Source: Podospora anserina (taxonomy: Eukaryota). Taken from it: a stretch of DNA of 64,000 bases. Positions 12,189-25,663 of the stretch are shown here, piece after piece. The notes under the pieces are model-generated. The model had not been told where the DNA came from. It was given only the letters and a program-made list of their open reading frames with translations, and did not search any database. Made by a program: the position numbers and the translations under genes. The stretch is taken from positions 1,240,001 to 1,304,000 of the forward strand of contig CM030335.1 of assembly GCA_017654855.1 (NCBI GenBank). Reading direction: 5' to 3'. Within the stretch, counting starts at the first letter, position 1; each line of letters begins with the position of its first letter.

Positions 12189-15100
12189 GAGAGCTCTCTC
12201 GTGGTGTTGTCACTTCCTGGCCTACACCCTGCCCCTTTGTCTTTCGAGCCCCAGCAACAGCGTCACTGCCCAGCTGTGTCGAACTTCCTGACCAGTTTTA
12301 TAGTAAAGAAAGGTAATGGTGGACTGTAATCATCAGCGGGTGGGAGAACAAGGAAAACCATGTATTTTCTGGTGCTCTATCAGTTGTGGAATACAAAGCC
12401 AAGTCATTAATACCACCTTCTCGTCAATCAAAACCCAATCCTCTCATCGTATAACCCCAACCTACTCTCGGCACCGCTGGCGGCATCAACAGAATGCATT
12501 GGAGAGAGCAAGGCTGGTGGCAAGGGTGTGACACACGCAATCATCTCGCCTGTCAACGTCAACGAGGACCCACTATCGGTCCCGCAGCGGACAAGAGGCT
12601 AGTCCGTGCGGCTCATCAACGGTCGGTTACCTAGCTTCCGATGACCGATCGATATTCTGGTATCTAGTCTTCCATCAACGGATGCATGATCGCTTGCTCT
12701 GCTTTCTTTGGATACTTTTACCCAGACCGCTAGAGGGTGGGAGAACCGACATGTCGCTAAAGGAGGAGCGGGCGGAAGGTAGGTGAGCGACAGACGGCGC
12801 CCAGTGTTGATCACAGAGCTTGAGCTGATGAACCTTAGAGCTCTCCATCTTCTGGCCGCAATGGCTCCATGCTTGCTTGCTCCTTCTGGCAGACAATAAT
12901 ACTCCGCAAGATACTCCGACGCCACTGAGATGAGAGCACTGCCTCGACCCTCCAACCAATGCAATATCTTCCTTCCCTGTTCTGCAACTGCAGAGAATCT
13001 GGAGCAAGATACGGTCCAATGCCTAGTAGCCCCGTTTGGTGGTTTCAGGTATGTTCGCCGTGCCACCCAAAATTGCCACAGCTGGGTTATCTGGCCGAAT
13101 GTTTGATACGTGGATCACGCGACATGTCCCGTGGGCGAACAATCTGCCGTGCCGAGCTCGGTGGTTTAGGCCGTGCCCGCCCGTCTCTGATGAGCAACTG
13201 ACCATCGCACGGCCGGACTTCCGGAGGCGGGCTCCTCGAGACACCATCACCGATCACTACCGGCAGATCTCCCGTCTACGGTCTTGGCATGGAGTTAAAT
13301 GGGTGTCCTTCCAGGTTGTGCTGGTTCCGCCTCACCGCAGCATTTGTTCACCCAGGTGAACACCTCCGGGATTGCCTTGCATTTGTGGGAAACAGGGAAA
13401 CCCAGATATTGAGAAAAGACGATCGATCTCCGAGTCTAGTCCGAGGGGTCCTTGCGGCTTTTTTATCTCACCGACCTGTCCCATCGTTTTCCTCTTCAAA
13501 GCATCAGCTGCATGCTCAGGCTTTAGCGATGTGATGTTGGGTGGAACTGATGCTGGCTGTTGTATGGTCATTTTGGTTTCGTCTAGCACCTACCTTACAA
13601 CCATGTTGCAGGCTTCTTCTCCTGCTTTTGGTTCACTGTGTGTCAACGGTGTAAAGGTACATGTTGGTTTCTGTGCTGCTGAGGAGTGGCAGTCTGATGG
13701 CAAGGAACCGGGGCAAATCAAAGGCGGTGCGGACGGGCTGGAGTTTGCAGCGATGGGGAGAAACGGGGTTAATCTTCAGCAGGGTCCGCCCATCGCGACA
13801 ACTTCACCTGGTTCTTCCCTGCCGCCAAAACGCGAGGAGCGAGCCCGGTTCGCAGCCTCCCCCTGGTTAAAGGCGGGTCTTTCTCGAACCCTGTGGAATG
13901 GGACTAGCCACGATCTTTGTTATCTTTTGTTGTCACTGTCGAACCAGTATGGTGAGCATCTTCTATGTTTGAATCAACAAGAGAGAGATAGAGGCTCCGT
14001 AGTAGTCCATGTCTGAGAACAGCTCTCGTCAATCCCAGTTTATCATCCATTGTGTCCTTGGATTCCTTGGGTTGATATCTCGAGGTTCCTCCATTGGACC
14101 CAAAGTCCTAATCAGGACGCTCTATAGACCTATGGATCTGTGGGGGCTGTTTAAGCGCATCTGAAGCCAGAAACGGTGTGGGAGCACCACGCTAGCTATT
14201 CTAGTCGGGTGCGGCACCTGCCGGACACTCCGTTTATTCAGGCAGGCCCGGCATCTATGAACTAGCGGGTTTGCTCCGGGAGAGGGCGGCATCATTGGTG
14301 ATCTTGTGAAAAATTCTGAGTGGAGTTTTGTCAGTCCAGGTTGTGCTTAATTTCTCGTTCACGAGACCATACCATCAAATACTATTCCTTTGTTCGCAAT
14401 CCCAGGTTGAATGAGAAGACGAATATCTAAGCTAGATACCCTTAGCATACCGGAGCCGTGACATATTCCCCAGGTACTGTGCAGACAGCATCAAACGGTT
14501 TACGCCGCTTCAGGAGCGATTTGTCAAAACCGATGTAAAAACTTGTTCGGCGACATGGAATTACTGCAGTGGACTTCCATTTCTAGTACCACCTCGTTCT
14601 TGGTAGGGTAGCACCATTGCTGTCTGACAGTCGACTCAACATATCAATCATCTGTTTAGTGTTTGTGGTATTCTTTTTCTCCACAGTCATATCGTCCTGC
14701 AGCTGTGTCGCTTCTGGCCGTTGCATTGTGAGAAAAGCTCCTGCACTGCCCTCCTCAAACAAAACTCCAAAAGATTTTTGTGAGAGCCCCGAACCTTGGC
14801 TCCTGTGGAGCTTTGAGAAACGCCATTTGTTTACCTTTCCTGCACTTGTATGGGGAAAACTACCAATCAGACTGTCGTGATTTACTATCTCCATCACAGT
14901 GTGTCCCCATCGGAACCAGACTGATCGCTTCAGGGTTTTCTTTCAATGCGCTGCCCAAATTCTCTTTTGAACTCAGGTCCTTCGGAACAGGGAGTGTCCT
15001 TGCCCATTGGACCTGGCTTTGCCGGATCTTTTGCCCGGTGACGGACAGAAGGGGCAGAGTCTCTTCGTCACCTGCTCCAGGGTGCAACTTGAAACGCTGC

Positions 15101-15311
15101 GTTCTTCTGGTATGTGTAGTTTATGATGTATGCACATTTTGCTGTGGAAACCGGTCTTCCCCTTGCTGAAAAACCATAATAGTCTTTTCTTAACAACACC
15201 TGATGTTTGAAATGACGTATCTACTTTGACATGAACAGCTTTAATGTCTATAAACACTCCTTTATACTGATATAGAATGAAGTTTGGGGCCTTTTCTCTT
15301 ACCCTGTTAGT

Positions 15312-15371
15312 AAAAAAAAAAAAAAGAAGAAAAAAGAAGAAAAAAGAAAAGAAAGAAAAGGAAAAAAAAAA
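15312..15371. repeat. Poly-purine A/G tract
   Basis: A14 run followed by gaagaaaaaa-type units. Confidence 0.8.
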
Positions 15372-15913
15372 CAACCAAGAACGCCATGTTGTAAAGTGTG
15401 TTGAAGAAAGAAAAGAATTACTGAGGGTATAGAAATTAAGGTAGCAGTGCTTTTCGTGTCCCGAAATTTATCCGTCCAATATCCATTCCATGTTATGCAG
15501 AACAAAGCGAAAAACCTGAGCGTGAGCCAATGCTGCATGTCTATGTTGGTCCCGGTGTTTGTGTCCGCCTGCAAGACTCCTATTCTTGAGAAAACAAACC
15601 CAAAAACTCCAAGCAAAGTGCCGAGACGGCCCTGTTTTCCCCTTCTGGGGGTGATCGCTGTCGCCCGATATTTCACCCGCTGCTGGCGTGACAGGGTGGC
15701 CCACATATCAACCGGCAGTATGTGGCCATGTCAGATATCGCTGCCAGATTGTGCATCGTCTGGGTGTTTTCACCCAATCCCGGGAGCGTCGACGTGCTTG
15801 GGGCCGATTAAGGAACGAAGGTTTGTCCACTGCTGCAGGTGGCGGCAAGTGATGAGTGGCGTAGGGTGGGTGATAAAGGTCTTCTTGGGTGATCCGGTCA
15901 CCGTGAGAGCCAT

Positions 15914-16923
15914 TCATAGACCAGCAGCCTGTGGCAGTCCATGTGGCTGCGGCTGGTAGTAAGAGGGATACATCGTCGCGGACCACGGTTGAGGTGTGAT
16001 GTATCCTGCAGCTGGCTGCGATACATTGGGATTAGGATAGCCATGGTCTGCTGCTGATGACACCTTGCTGTTAGCGTTTGGCCATGATTCTGAAATATGA
16101 TCGGCCCCACGGCTCGTCGTTGTACCTGGATCAATATCTCGTTGTTCAAACTCCAGTTTCGTAGCGGCAGCATCCATGCACGGCATAGAAGTGGGCGTGA
16201 TCACATTCCCTTCCATCATGGTCGGCATGCTGGTCGGGATATAGGCCGGGATGAAGGCTTCGTCGGGGTGGCTCGGGGAAGAGCAAGGGCTGGAAACGAC
16301 CGAGGGAACCGAGACGGAGGACACTGGAACCGAAGATACTGACACCCCAGAGGGCCATTGTTCCTCTGTCGTGGGCACAAATGTGAAGGTCTGCGGCGCC
16401 GAGTTGTAGTCGTTGGATGGTTGGCCAAATGGCGGAGGCCGGCTAGGAATGCCGGCGTGACCGGCGGGTAGCAGATCGGGTGCCTCAAAGCCTGGGGCTG
16501 GTGTGGTTAGAATGGAAGCTCGAAATGGACAGGCAAGAGCTGATGGCTGGGATATACCGGGTGGTGAAAACATATTATGATTGAAGCGTTTGAGTTCTTC
16601 GCGCAAACTGAACACCTCTCTCTCCAGCGCATGGTTCCTCATCTGGAGCTGGTTGATAGTCTCGTCCCGGCTATGTCGGTTCTTGTACTCTTCCAACTCC
16701 TTCTCCAGCCGCTCGATGTGCTCTTTTGTGCGTTGCCTGATTGCGCGCTGGGCTTCCCGGTCATTGGCCCGTTTCCGGGCAAGTTGCGTGGGCGTGAGTG
16801 TCGACACGCTGCGAGTACCTGATGACGGCAGAGGTTAGAGATGTGTGAAAACAGTGGAGATGGGCAATCCATACCCTTCCGCTTGGATGGCTTTGGTGGT
16901 TCTGTAGATGTCTCTCGGGTCAT
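15914..16923 (-). CDS. bZIP transcription factor (MeaB-like basic region, no recognisable C-terminal domain)
   Basis: MTRETSTEPPKPSKRKG|TRSVSTLTPTQLARKRANDREAQRAIRQRTKEHIERLE plus zipper; intron 16874-16819; probable introns 16557-16492 and 16125-16048. Confidence 0.85.
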
Positions 16924-18892
16924 GTCGAAGATGATGTGTTTTGCGTGTATGAGACGACGTCAGTCCTCGGAGACTTTGTCGACGGCGACGTTATATGTGG
17001 ATGGAGATAGAAGTCTTTTCATCTACCATGGAAAGTGTGAGGGTTTTTGATGTCGAGGACAGCAAGAGCCATGTGAACCAGCAATAATCGGCACCATGGT
17101 GGGGTGGGGAGTTGGCAGGCACGAGGATTAAGTAAATATACGGAGTAGCCATGGACCATCCCCAAGGTCACTATCACTGGCAAGACCAGGGAACAAGGGT
17201 GGAAGAAGAATCGGTATCTCGATGCTTGGCTCAGCACCAGTCCATTGCCGTCGACAGACTTGGTGGAGATGGCGGCGGGTGGGGTCCACACGGGCTCACT
17301 CCATATCCCGCATCCACCTCCAGCACGCACTGGTGTGGTTCGGTCACAGAGACCGGCCTGGTCCACAACCAGCAAAAGTCCAGATGTGGTGCGGTAGGGT
17401 GCGCGTGGTGGCCGTGTGGCCTGCCATGGATTTGAGATGGAACAGCTGCGAAGCCTGTAGCAGGAACCATGAACGATGAAGATTAGGGGGACCTGGAAGA
17501 CAGACACACAGACAGACAAGAGACACCAGGAGAAGAGTTAGAGCGGCGAGCGGGACTGTGCTGGAAGGTCACTCTCTGGACAGCACGCGGTCGGAGGCGC
17601 GGCGTGGCGCCCACCCCCGCCCGCCGAAGCAGCGGCAGGGACGGAGTCGAGAAGGGGCTTGCTTCTGGAAGATGGATCTGAGGTTACACGGTCCCAAATT
17701 TAAACTTTTGCGCTACAGGAGGCGCGACGCGGCCTCACGTTTGGCACTGGGAGGACGCCACTGCCAGTCTGGCAGGGAAGAGCTTGGATGATGCGGGCAC
17801 GGGCGTTCCCGGGGAAGAACCAGAGCATTCGGCGACCATCCTCCGCCACAGCTGCCAGAGTGACAGACTGCCAGACCCGAGCTCGCCGAACCTTATCCCT
17901 CATCTGTGGCAGCGGGTTCCGTTCGTTCATGGGTCAGTATTCCGGCAGAGCTCCGAGACGGAGGCCTTTGCCGCAACATACTCCGGCAGACCTACGAGTG
18001 TAGCTTTTAGCCCATGAGCATGAGGATGGAGAAGAGCGATGACGCTACCATGAAACTTTCTTATGGGTGATGGAATTGTGTGGGTGGTTTTTTGCGGATG
18101 GAGGACAGTTCCGGGAGCATCGAAGGGATAGCCCAAGCAGCTCAGCCTGTCAGGGTCCTCGCTAAGCAGCACAAACTCCACACCTATTCTACAGATGCCT
18201 CGAGAGGCTTAATCTGATGAACCTCTGCCCAGCAAGATCAGGTCAACAGAGAAGCATCACCGACGACAGCGACGAAGAGGGGCCATGGAACACCTGCATG
18301 GAGTACCAGACTTATTCGTGTCTTGTGTCGGGATTGCCGCTCAAAACTCAACAAGGCGGGGATGAAAGCTAAACTCTCCTTGTTGGCCATAGCATCAGGA
18401 GGAGTCTGACGTTTTGTTAGCTGCTGGTAGTATCATACCCAAGAAAGTAACCACGCAATGGCCCGTCCATGTCTTGAGAGTAAAGCCCCGACTTGGGCCC
18501 TGGGCACCAATGGACCTTGAAAGACATATGATGCTCGTAGCTCGTCAAGAGTTCAGAAAGCAAGACTCGAGAAAGCAAAATCAGAGAGCTCCTCTCCATC
18601 CCCATACAACGACTGACGTCACTACTATAGCGCCCGAACCATCACAGCACATTGCCGCAAGCCAACGTCTGCCAGATCGGCCGATATAAATCTAGATCAA
18701 CTTGTGATCTAGCCCATGGTTAACCCAAGTACCGGATTTCAAGAGGCCGAACCAAAATTGAGATTGGTGCCGAGATGGGCGAGGTGGTGCGGCTATCTCA
18801 TTGGATTCAGAACTCAAAACATGGAAAACAGCTGGCTTCCTATGAACCTCCTTCTTCCTCCAGCCAAGTAGCAATGTATTCGAATGGGTGAT

Positions 18893-20332
18893 CTATGAGA
18901 CTTCGATTTTCATATCCTCCCCGGCAGCCTCCACTAGATCGTCCATGCCGCCAACCTGTGTTGGTCCGCTTGCGCCTTCGGGCGGCATGGCCCAGGCTGG
19001 CAGCGGGCTCACATAACTCCAGGACCCATCGGCATCCTCGTACCGGAGACTGTGCAGCCACAGAGAGAGCTCCTGGCTGCCTGGATCGGTATACAACGGG
19101 GTTTCGCAAACATCGCAAAGCTGGCCCGACATCCTTTCCGCCTTCTTCTTGTGATACACGTCCACCATCTCGTCATAGTACGCCACAGCGTCCGCAACCT
19201 GTTCCTTTCCCATCCGTGCCAGGCGGGAAAGAACATCCTCATCGGTATTCAGGGTTGCTTCGGCATCATTGCGCCCGAGGTCGAAGCCCCAAACCTTCTG
19301 GTTGGCATAGATTGGATCGTTCTGTACAGGATGACCTAGAAACTGTAGGTGAACCCGAATTTGATGTGTTCTGCCTGTGACGGGCAAGCAGCGGACAATC
19401 GAATATCCCTCGGTTTCTCTAGTGAACTGGTCTTCGGGACCGCCTGTCTCTGCCTCATCCGGCGACGGGCTGTTGCTGGAACTAGGTTTGATGATGGGCG
19501 ACGGATAGTAAGCAAGGCGCTTGAAGACAGTCTTCGCAGACTTGCCATTAGCTCGGACCCGGTTCAAGCCCAGTTTTGGAGAAATTTGAAGGATCGGCTG
19601 GTCGCAGACAACCTCGCCATCAGGAAATCGACCGACCACACGGGCAAGATATTCTTTCCGAACACTGCGTCTGAAGATCTGGGCACTAAGACTTTCGGCA
19701 GCTTTGGCCGTCTTGGCAATAAACATGATACCGCTGGTCAGCCTGTCGAGCCGGTTGCATGGTCGGGGCGCAAAGGTCGGCCCCCTCTCGGCCTTCATAA
19801 TCTCCACCACCGAGTTGTAATGGTATCGACCGGCAGGGTGTACTGGCACGCCCGAGGGCTTGTTGATCACGATCATGTCGTCGTCTTCGTGGATGACCTG
19901 CACGGGATCTTGTGTAACGGGAGGCTCGTGTCGATGTGTGGTATGCGAAACCAGGTCGCCGTTCACCATCACATAATCCGGGCTCACGATTTTGCCATTG
20001 ACCGCGACTTGACCAGACTCCATCGCCGCACGGTAATACTCGACCGGTCGCTCGCGAAACTCGCTTTCAAACACTTCAATGATTTTTCTTCCTCGCCATC
20101 GCTCCTTGCACCAGGTGTTATATGTGTAGAAATAAGGGGCCACCCGTCGAAGACCATCTTTGAAGAAGTATGGATGTGGAGGGCCCAGCGAGGCTGAAGG
20201 CTCGGGTTGCGAGATCAAGCTTGGTTCGGTATAACTGATGGCGCCAGTAGATTCTACGACTTTGTTGTTCTCAGCGACGACAGCAGTCAACGGTTGTGAC
20301 GGTGCACCAGGCAGGAGGATGGAGGCGGTCAT
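18893..20332 (-). CDS. RluA-family pseudouridine synthase (Rib2/Pus9-like, no deaminase domain seen)
   Basis: KERWRGR, HRHEPPV, INKPSGVPVHP, NRLDRLTSG (catalytic Asp), TGRTHQIRVH; first ATG at 20332. Confidence 0.9.
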   Translation of the reverse strand: MTASILLPGAPSQPLTAVVAENNKVVESTGAISYTEPSLISQPEPSASLGPPHPYFFKDGLRRVAPYFYTYNTWCKERWRGRKIIEVFESEFRERPVEYYRAAMESGQVAVNGKIVSPDYVMVNGDLVSHTTHRHEPPVTQDPVQVIHEDDDMIVINKPSGVPVHPAGRYHYNSVVEIMKAERGPTFAPRPCNRLDRLTSGIMFIAKTAKAAESLSAQIFRRSVRKEYLARVVGRFPDGEVVCDQPILQISPKLGLNRVRANGKSAKTVFKRLAYYPSPIIKPSSSNSPSPDEAETGGPEDQFTRETEGYSIVRCLPVTGRTHQIRVHLQFLGHPVQNDPIYANQKVWGFDLGRNDAEATLNTDEDVLSRLARMGKEQVADAVAYYDEMVDVYHKKKAERMSGQLCDVCETPLYTDPGSQELSLWLHSLRYEDADGSWSYVSPLPAWAMPPEGASGPTQVGGMDDLVEAAGEDMKIEVS

Positions 20333-20736
20333 CGTGCGGGCGAGGGTTGCAAGTGTAGACGTTCTTCTTAACAGGGCTTCGCCGGCCAACATCAGCGCTC
20401 CATCAAGCAGAAACTCTCGGAGGTCTGAGGGTCGATAGCCAAGTGTTGGTGAGTTGTGGTGGGGTTCGTGGCAGACTTGAAGATTCACGCTTGATTGGAT
20501 GAGGGGTTCACCTGTTCAGATGCTGAACTCGACGGAAAAAAACAGGCGGTCGGAAAGGGCAGTATTTGACAGGTTCCAACCTGCAGGGTTACCCCACAGT
20601 CTTGGCTGCAGCGAACCTCGGCTCTTTCCGCAGCTATATTCGAGCCGTCAGCAACAATGAAATTCCTCTTTCCTCACTTCTTGCCTCGTGCTTGTCTTTC
20701 GAAGCTGAGGTGTTTATCCCCTTTCCTGCCGCTGCA

Positions 20737-21266
20737 ATGTCAGACATCAGCCGTCTCAAAAGCAGAACGAGGGCTGACTATCGGTACATTCTGGAATATC
20801 GCACACGATGGTAAGAACATTCGATGTCAACCTACTTCTAAGACGCGTTTTGGGATTAATAATGATCAGGAGCGATAACGATATGTACGACCACATGAAC
20901 AACTCCATTTACAACTTCCTTTACGACTCGGTCATCAATACTTACCTGATGGAAAACTGTGGCCTCCATCCCCCCTCGTCTCCGCAATATGGCATGGTTG
21001 TACATTCACACAACGATTACTTTGCTTCAATTTCGTTTCCTGCCTGCGCTGAGTTGGCCCTGCGAGTAAACCGCATAGGAAATTCCAGTGTGGCATATGA
21101 AATAGCTCTGTTTGAAAAGGGGCACGATGCGGTTCGATCTGTGGGCGAGTTTGTTCAAGTCTTTGTCGACCGCGAGACAGGGAGGCCAAATGCAAAGGGG
21201 ATGAACCCAGAGCTACGCCGGGGATTGGAGAATCTACTAGTGAATCGAGAAGCAAGTAAACTTTAA
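20737..21266 (+). CDS. Hotdog-fold thioesterase (4HBT-like); exons 20737-20810 and 20870-21266
   Basis: YRTRW|SDNDMYDHMNNSIY, RIGNSSVAYEIALF, GEFVQVFVDR; GTAAGA..CAG intron. Confidence 0.88.
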
Positions 21267-21384
21267 AAGGGGGTCGAGTATGTATACAAGATACTACGTT
21301 TGGCTTCACAAGTTGACTAGAATATATATACTTGTAACAACCATCTGGATCGAAACTTGTCGTGAATCTAACCGTAGAAATAAA

Positions 21385-21762
21385 TGTCACGGATCGTGCA
21401 CGAAGTGCCGGTGCACAGGGCGCGGGGTGCCCGTAGCCAATCATTACCTGACCAATAAGAGGTGGAGCGACGGGATCACTGGTGGAGCGACAGGAGCGCG
21501 GTGATCCAAAGGAAGGAAAGGTGATCCAGATCACTCTTGGCGAAAGTGATCTAGGTAATCCAGAGGTCTATATATATGGAGGAACTAGATAGGTAGCAGA
21601 TAGTTCCGTAGTATGTAATATAAGTTACATTCGTTAGTATTAAGACTATTGTGATTAAGACAAGCTATTGTTGTGCACTGTTTAGGTGCACCAACCTAAG
21701 ATTGTCTGGAAGCGCCTTTGACTAGTATCACATTCAGAGGTTCTGAATAGAGGTTCGCCACA
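21385..21762 (+). mobile_element. Solo LTR of the main Gypsy family, U3 type a
   Basis: TGTCAC..CCACA termini, shared TATATATA-GGAGGAACT core, flanks ATAAA/ATAAG (TSD with one mismatch). Confidence 0.85.
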
Positions 21763-22754
21763 ATAAGATACTATATATGTAGCCTTACATCAAAAGTCTG
21801 AAAAGAATACATAGGTAGTTTTGATTTCTCAATAGTATCTATAGATCTTCTTTTGATCCGAGTTTATAGAAATCCCAAAAATGATTTAAGATATTTCCAA
21901 TTTTCTAATCATAAATAAAGTTTTAAGTGAAATTTATTACTTAATTTTGTTTGGGGTTAATATTTATGGAATTTTATATAAAAAGGGTTTATATAATACT
22001 ACTCTGATCATGTTATTATTTAACAACAGATAATATAAAATTATAACCAGTAATTATAATAACAAATATGTTTGGTTTTTAAAAAAAATAGCCAGAGCTT
22101 CGTATAAAAAATATAGTAGCTTTATCTACTATTAAAATAGTAAGCGTCACATATATAATAAAGAGATATTAAGATTAAGATACAGAGAAAGAAATTTTAG
22201 CTTTAAAGGATAAGTTAATATAGCTAGAGGCTATAGTGATATAAAAGTTAAAATTGTAGTTAATAGTAATAAAAATAGTAAGAGTAGTAGTAATAAAAAA
22301 GGAAAATATAGAGTAGAATATTATAATAAGAAAGAAAATGAAAAAATGAAGTAGTAGTAACATAAATAGAGGTAAACAAAATATAGACAAAAGTATCAAG
22401 TAATAATACATTAAAATTGTTAATCTTTTTATATATAATGGAAATAGATTATTAAATATATTTATGACATTTACTAAGGTGTAAGAAAGTAATAGAATAG
22501 TAAAGAATTCAAAATTAAAAGATAATATCAGATTCATTATTAGCTAATAAAAGGACTAGAATATTAGATATTTTTATGCACTTATTTGCTATAATTAGAA
22601 TAAAGGAATTGGAAAAAAAATGAAAATATTATGTTTGTAGATTAATAATATTATCTATAAATTTATTATGAAATATTATATATTTTCATATTCAAGTCAA
22701 TTTCTTTAAAAAAAATGTATAGTCTTAACTCTATAAAATAGTAATAAAGTAATA

Positions 22755-24612
22755 ACGTGCATGATAAGCGAGCGCCGCAGATAAGCGAGCGCCGCACTTT
22801 TCGACGCGACCTAACTCTCTACCTTTAACATTCCATTTCTGAACTAAAAACTATGTTTTCTACCTTTAACGAAGCTAGAGTAATTCTGGCCGCTAAAGTT
22901 ATAAAAAATAATAAAAACCTAAGTAAACGAGCCGCAGCGAAGATCTATAAAGTTAATAATAAAATTATTTGCCGTCGACTTACCGATATACTTATACGAC
23001 ATAATACTTTAATTATTTCGTATAAACTTACGGATTTAAAAAAAAAACGATTATTTAATATATAATTAAGTTATCTATACGCGTATTTTATTCCCGGCTT
23101 TTATATATAAAAGATATAACTAATCGATTATTACGCGAACGTAACGCGCCTCCTATTAGCGTACGATAAGTTTATAATTTTATTAAATATTAGTTAGAAT
23201 TTCGGACGTGTTTTATATATAAATAGAATTACTAGAGGGCTAAATATAAGGATTTAAAGGTTATTAGTAAGTAGTTTACTTTCGTACGGAATACTAAAGT
23301 TAAATATAGTATCGTAAATAACGATATTTATAATTTTAATAAAATTAGGTTTATAATAAGTATTATCGTTACTATTATAATTATTATAATTTTTAATAAT
23401 TATAATAAAGTTAAATAAGTTTAACTTAATAATTATAAGTAAATTATAGTTATTTAAAACGTAAATACTTTAAGTTAAACTATTTTATTATTTATTATTT
23501 TAATTAAATAATATTATTTTATTAATTAATATTAAAAGTATAGCCTTCCGGCTATTTAACGTATTATAATAATCGATAATAATTAAATTATTAATAAGAA
23601 AAATATAAATTAAATTCAGTACTTTAATTTCTATATAGTATTTCGTACGAAAGGTAAATATCGGTTATTAATCTTTAACGGCTACGAGAGCTACTACTCC
23701 GAAAAATTCGAGACCTATTATTAGGAGTATAAGATTATTATATTATATATATCTCCGTACTCCTCCTATATATTTTAACTATTAAATATTAATTATTTTA
23801 CGTTATTAAAGGAGGTATATAGCCGCTAAATTAAATAATTAATATAAATAAATATTATATATATTAATAAATTAAAGTTTCTTTATATATTTAAAGAAAC
23901 GTTTTTTACTTCGATTATAGAAAAAAATATCCAGGAAGGTTTTACTAGAGCTAGCCTTATACCGTATAATCTAGAAAAGGTAATATTTAAGCTAGATATA
24001 TATATTCGGACCCCAATACCCCCAGCTTTAAGCCTAACTACGGTACTACCTTAGGTCTCTTAAACGCTATATAACCCTCGAAAGGTTATTTTATAATTAA
24101 CGTTTATTAAAATTCGAATTTCTAACTATTAAAATAGCTCTCTAACCTTAATACTAACCGCTATAAATTAATTTATTAAGGGAGTAATAAGTATAATATA
24201 CGAGGTAGCTCTTCTCCGTACAAAGGTCTCTTCGCTACGTAAAGCTAATAAGGAGCTTAGTAAAAAACGGAAAGCTAAAAAAATATGTGTGCGGCTTAGA
24301 GGGTCACTTACTATACAAGAGGCACAGGATCTACTAGATCAAAAGGCTAGGTAAGCAGGTAGCCCAGGAAATACAATAAAGTGGTGGTGGTACAGGGGGG
24401 TCTCGTACGAAGATTCGGTGCTGTAGCGTATACGGTAAGCCTGGCTATAATACACGTATATATTAGGAGGCTATAGAATTATTTAATTTATTTATTTCTA
24501 ATTCAGTTATCGTTATTTCCTAGTATTATGGTTGTATAATTAAGGATAGCTATGGTAGGATAGTAGAAAGTGCGGCGCTCGCTTGTCTGCGGCGCTCGCT
24601 TATCATGCACGT
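22755..24612 (+). mobile_element. Fot1/Pot2-type (pogo, Tc1-mariner) DNA transposon, RIP-inactivated
   Basis: TA TSDs; TIRs ACGTGCATGATAAGCGAGCGCCGCAGA(T/C)AAGCGAGCGCCGCACTTT; decayed transposase 22853-24523 (LSKRAAAKIY HTH, LIFNGYESY = decayed LILDGHESH). Confidence 0.93.
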
Positions 24613-25041
24613 TATACAAATACACTATTAGAAATTAAGAAGATGAATATAAACTGGGATATTTAAAAATAATTTATAGTTTTACAGGGTAGATTTATAA
24701 TAGTTTCATAATGAGTAGGTTTAAAAAAACAAATACCGGGGTATTATATAAAAGATAGAGATAGTAACCTTAAATATTAATAGGATAATAAAGTAAAATG
24801 TAAATAAGAAAAAGCTATACAAAAAAGACTATTTCTCTATTATATATAAAAACTGACTGATATAAGTTATTAAGATAATAGTTAGGAAAATAAAGTATTA
24901 ATATAATAATAAACCCAAATAAATTTAAAGAAAAGAGTTGATACTTATTGTACTATAAAAACTAAATAACCTATATAATCTAAAAATTATATTACCTTAA
25001 TCTTAAAAAGCTAGTGGTTATTGATTATTGAATGAATATTC

Positions 25042-25663
25042 TGTTAATGTGTGGGTACTACTAAGTGCCCTACTTACTGCCCTACAGATTGATACTACAG
25101 TGGGCAGTACTGCTATAAGCAGTAGTGGAACTTCCCGGCTTGGATCCCTTTAGAATATTCTTTACAAGGGACCTTTGAAGGCTTACAGGGCTACTGTGGC
25201 CTAAGGCTTAGTTAATGGATACTAGAACCTTCCAAAGTAGCTACAGGCTTACGTAGTAAGTTGCTACAATAGTGTGATTTACAGGGCACCTCTGCTACCG
25301 AAGGTTCTATGGATTTCCGTGAGTCTACATTAGACCCACCTAAGCCCACCAAATACCCTAAAGTGGTATAGGGGCTTCCAGGGCCTACAGGACCTACAGT
25401 AGGCCTACGAAGGCCTATATATAGACCTCTCCTCTCTCCTGTAGAATAGTTCCTTTCTTTCTTTCCTTAAGGGCAAAAGCTTAAGGCTAAGGCCAAAAGT
25501 AATAAAGGCAATTCTTATTCCTTATACCTTACTATATTACAGTGCTTTACCTTCCTTCGGCACTGCCGATGTGTCCTCCCGCTTCCGCTTGCGCACTGCT
25601 GTATTTTACAGCAACCCTATATAGGTTCTATATTATAGGCCTATCAGGGCTCACCAGCTAACA
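25042..25663 (+). mobile_element. Solo LTR of a second, unrelated family (622 bp)
   Basis: TGTTA..TAACA termini, exact TSD TATTC/TATTC, internal CTATATATAG TATA box; strand inferred from TATA context. Confidence 0.8.

Noticed and set aside
12300-15900. ORFs of 100-214 aa in the long MFS-bZIP interval
   Set aside because: Overlapping in several frames with no motifs or codon bias; likely intergenic or UTR. A lineage-specific gene cannot be excluded.
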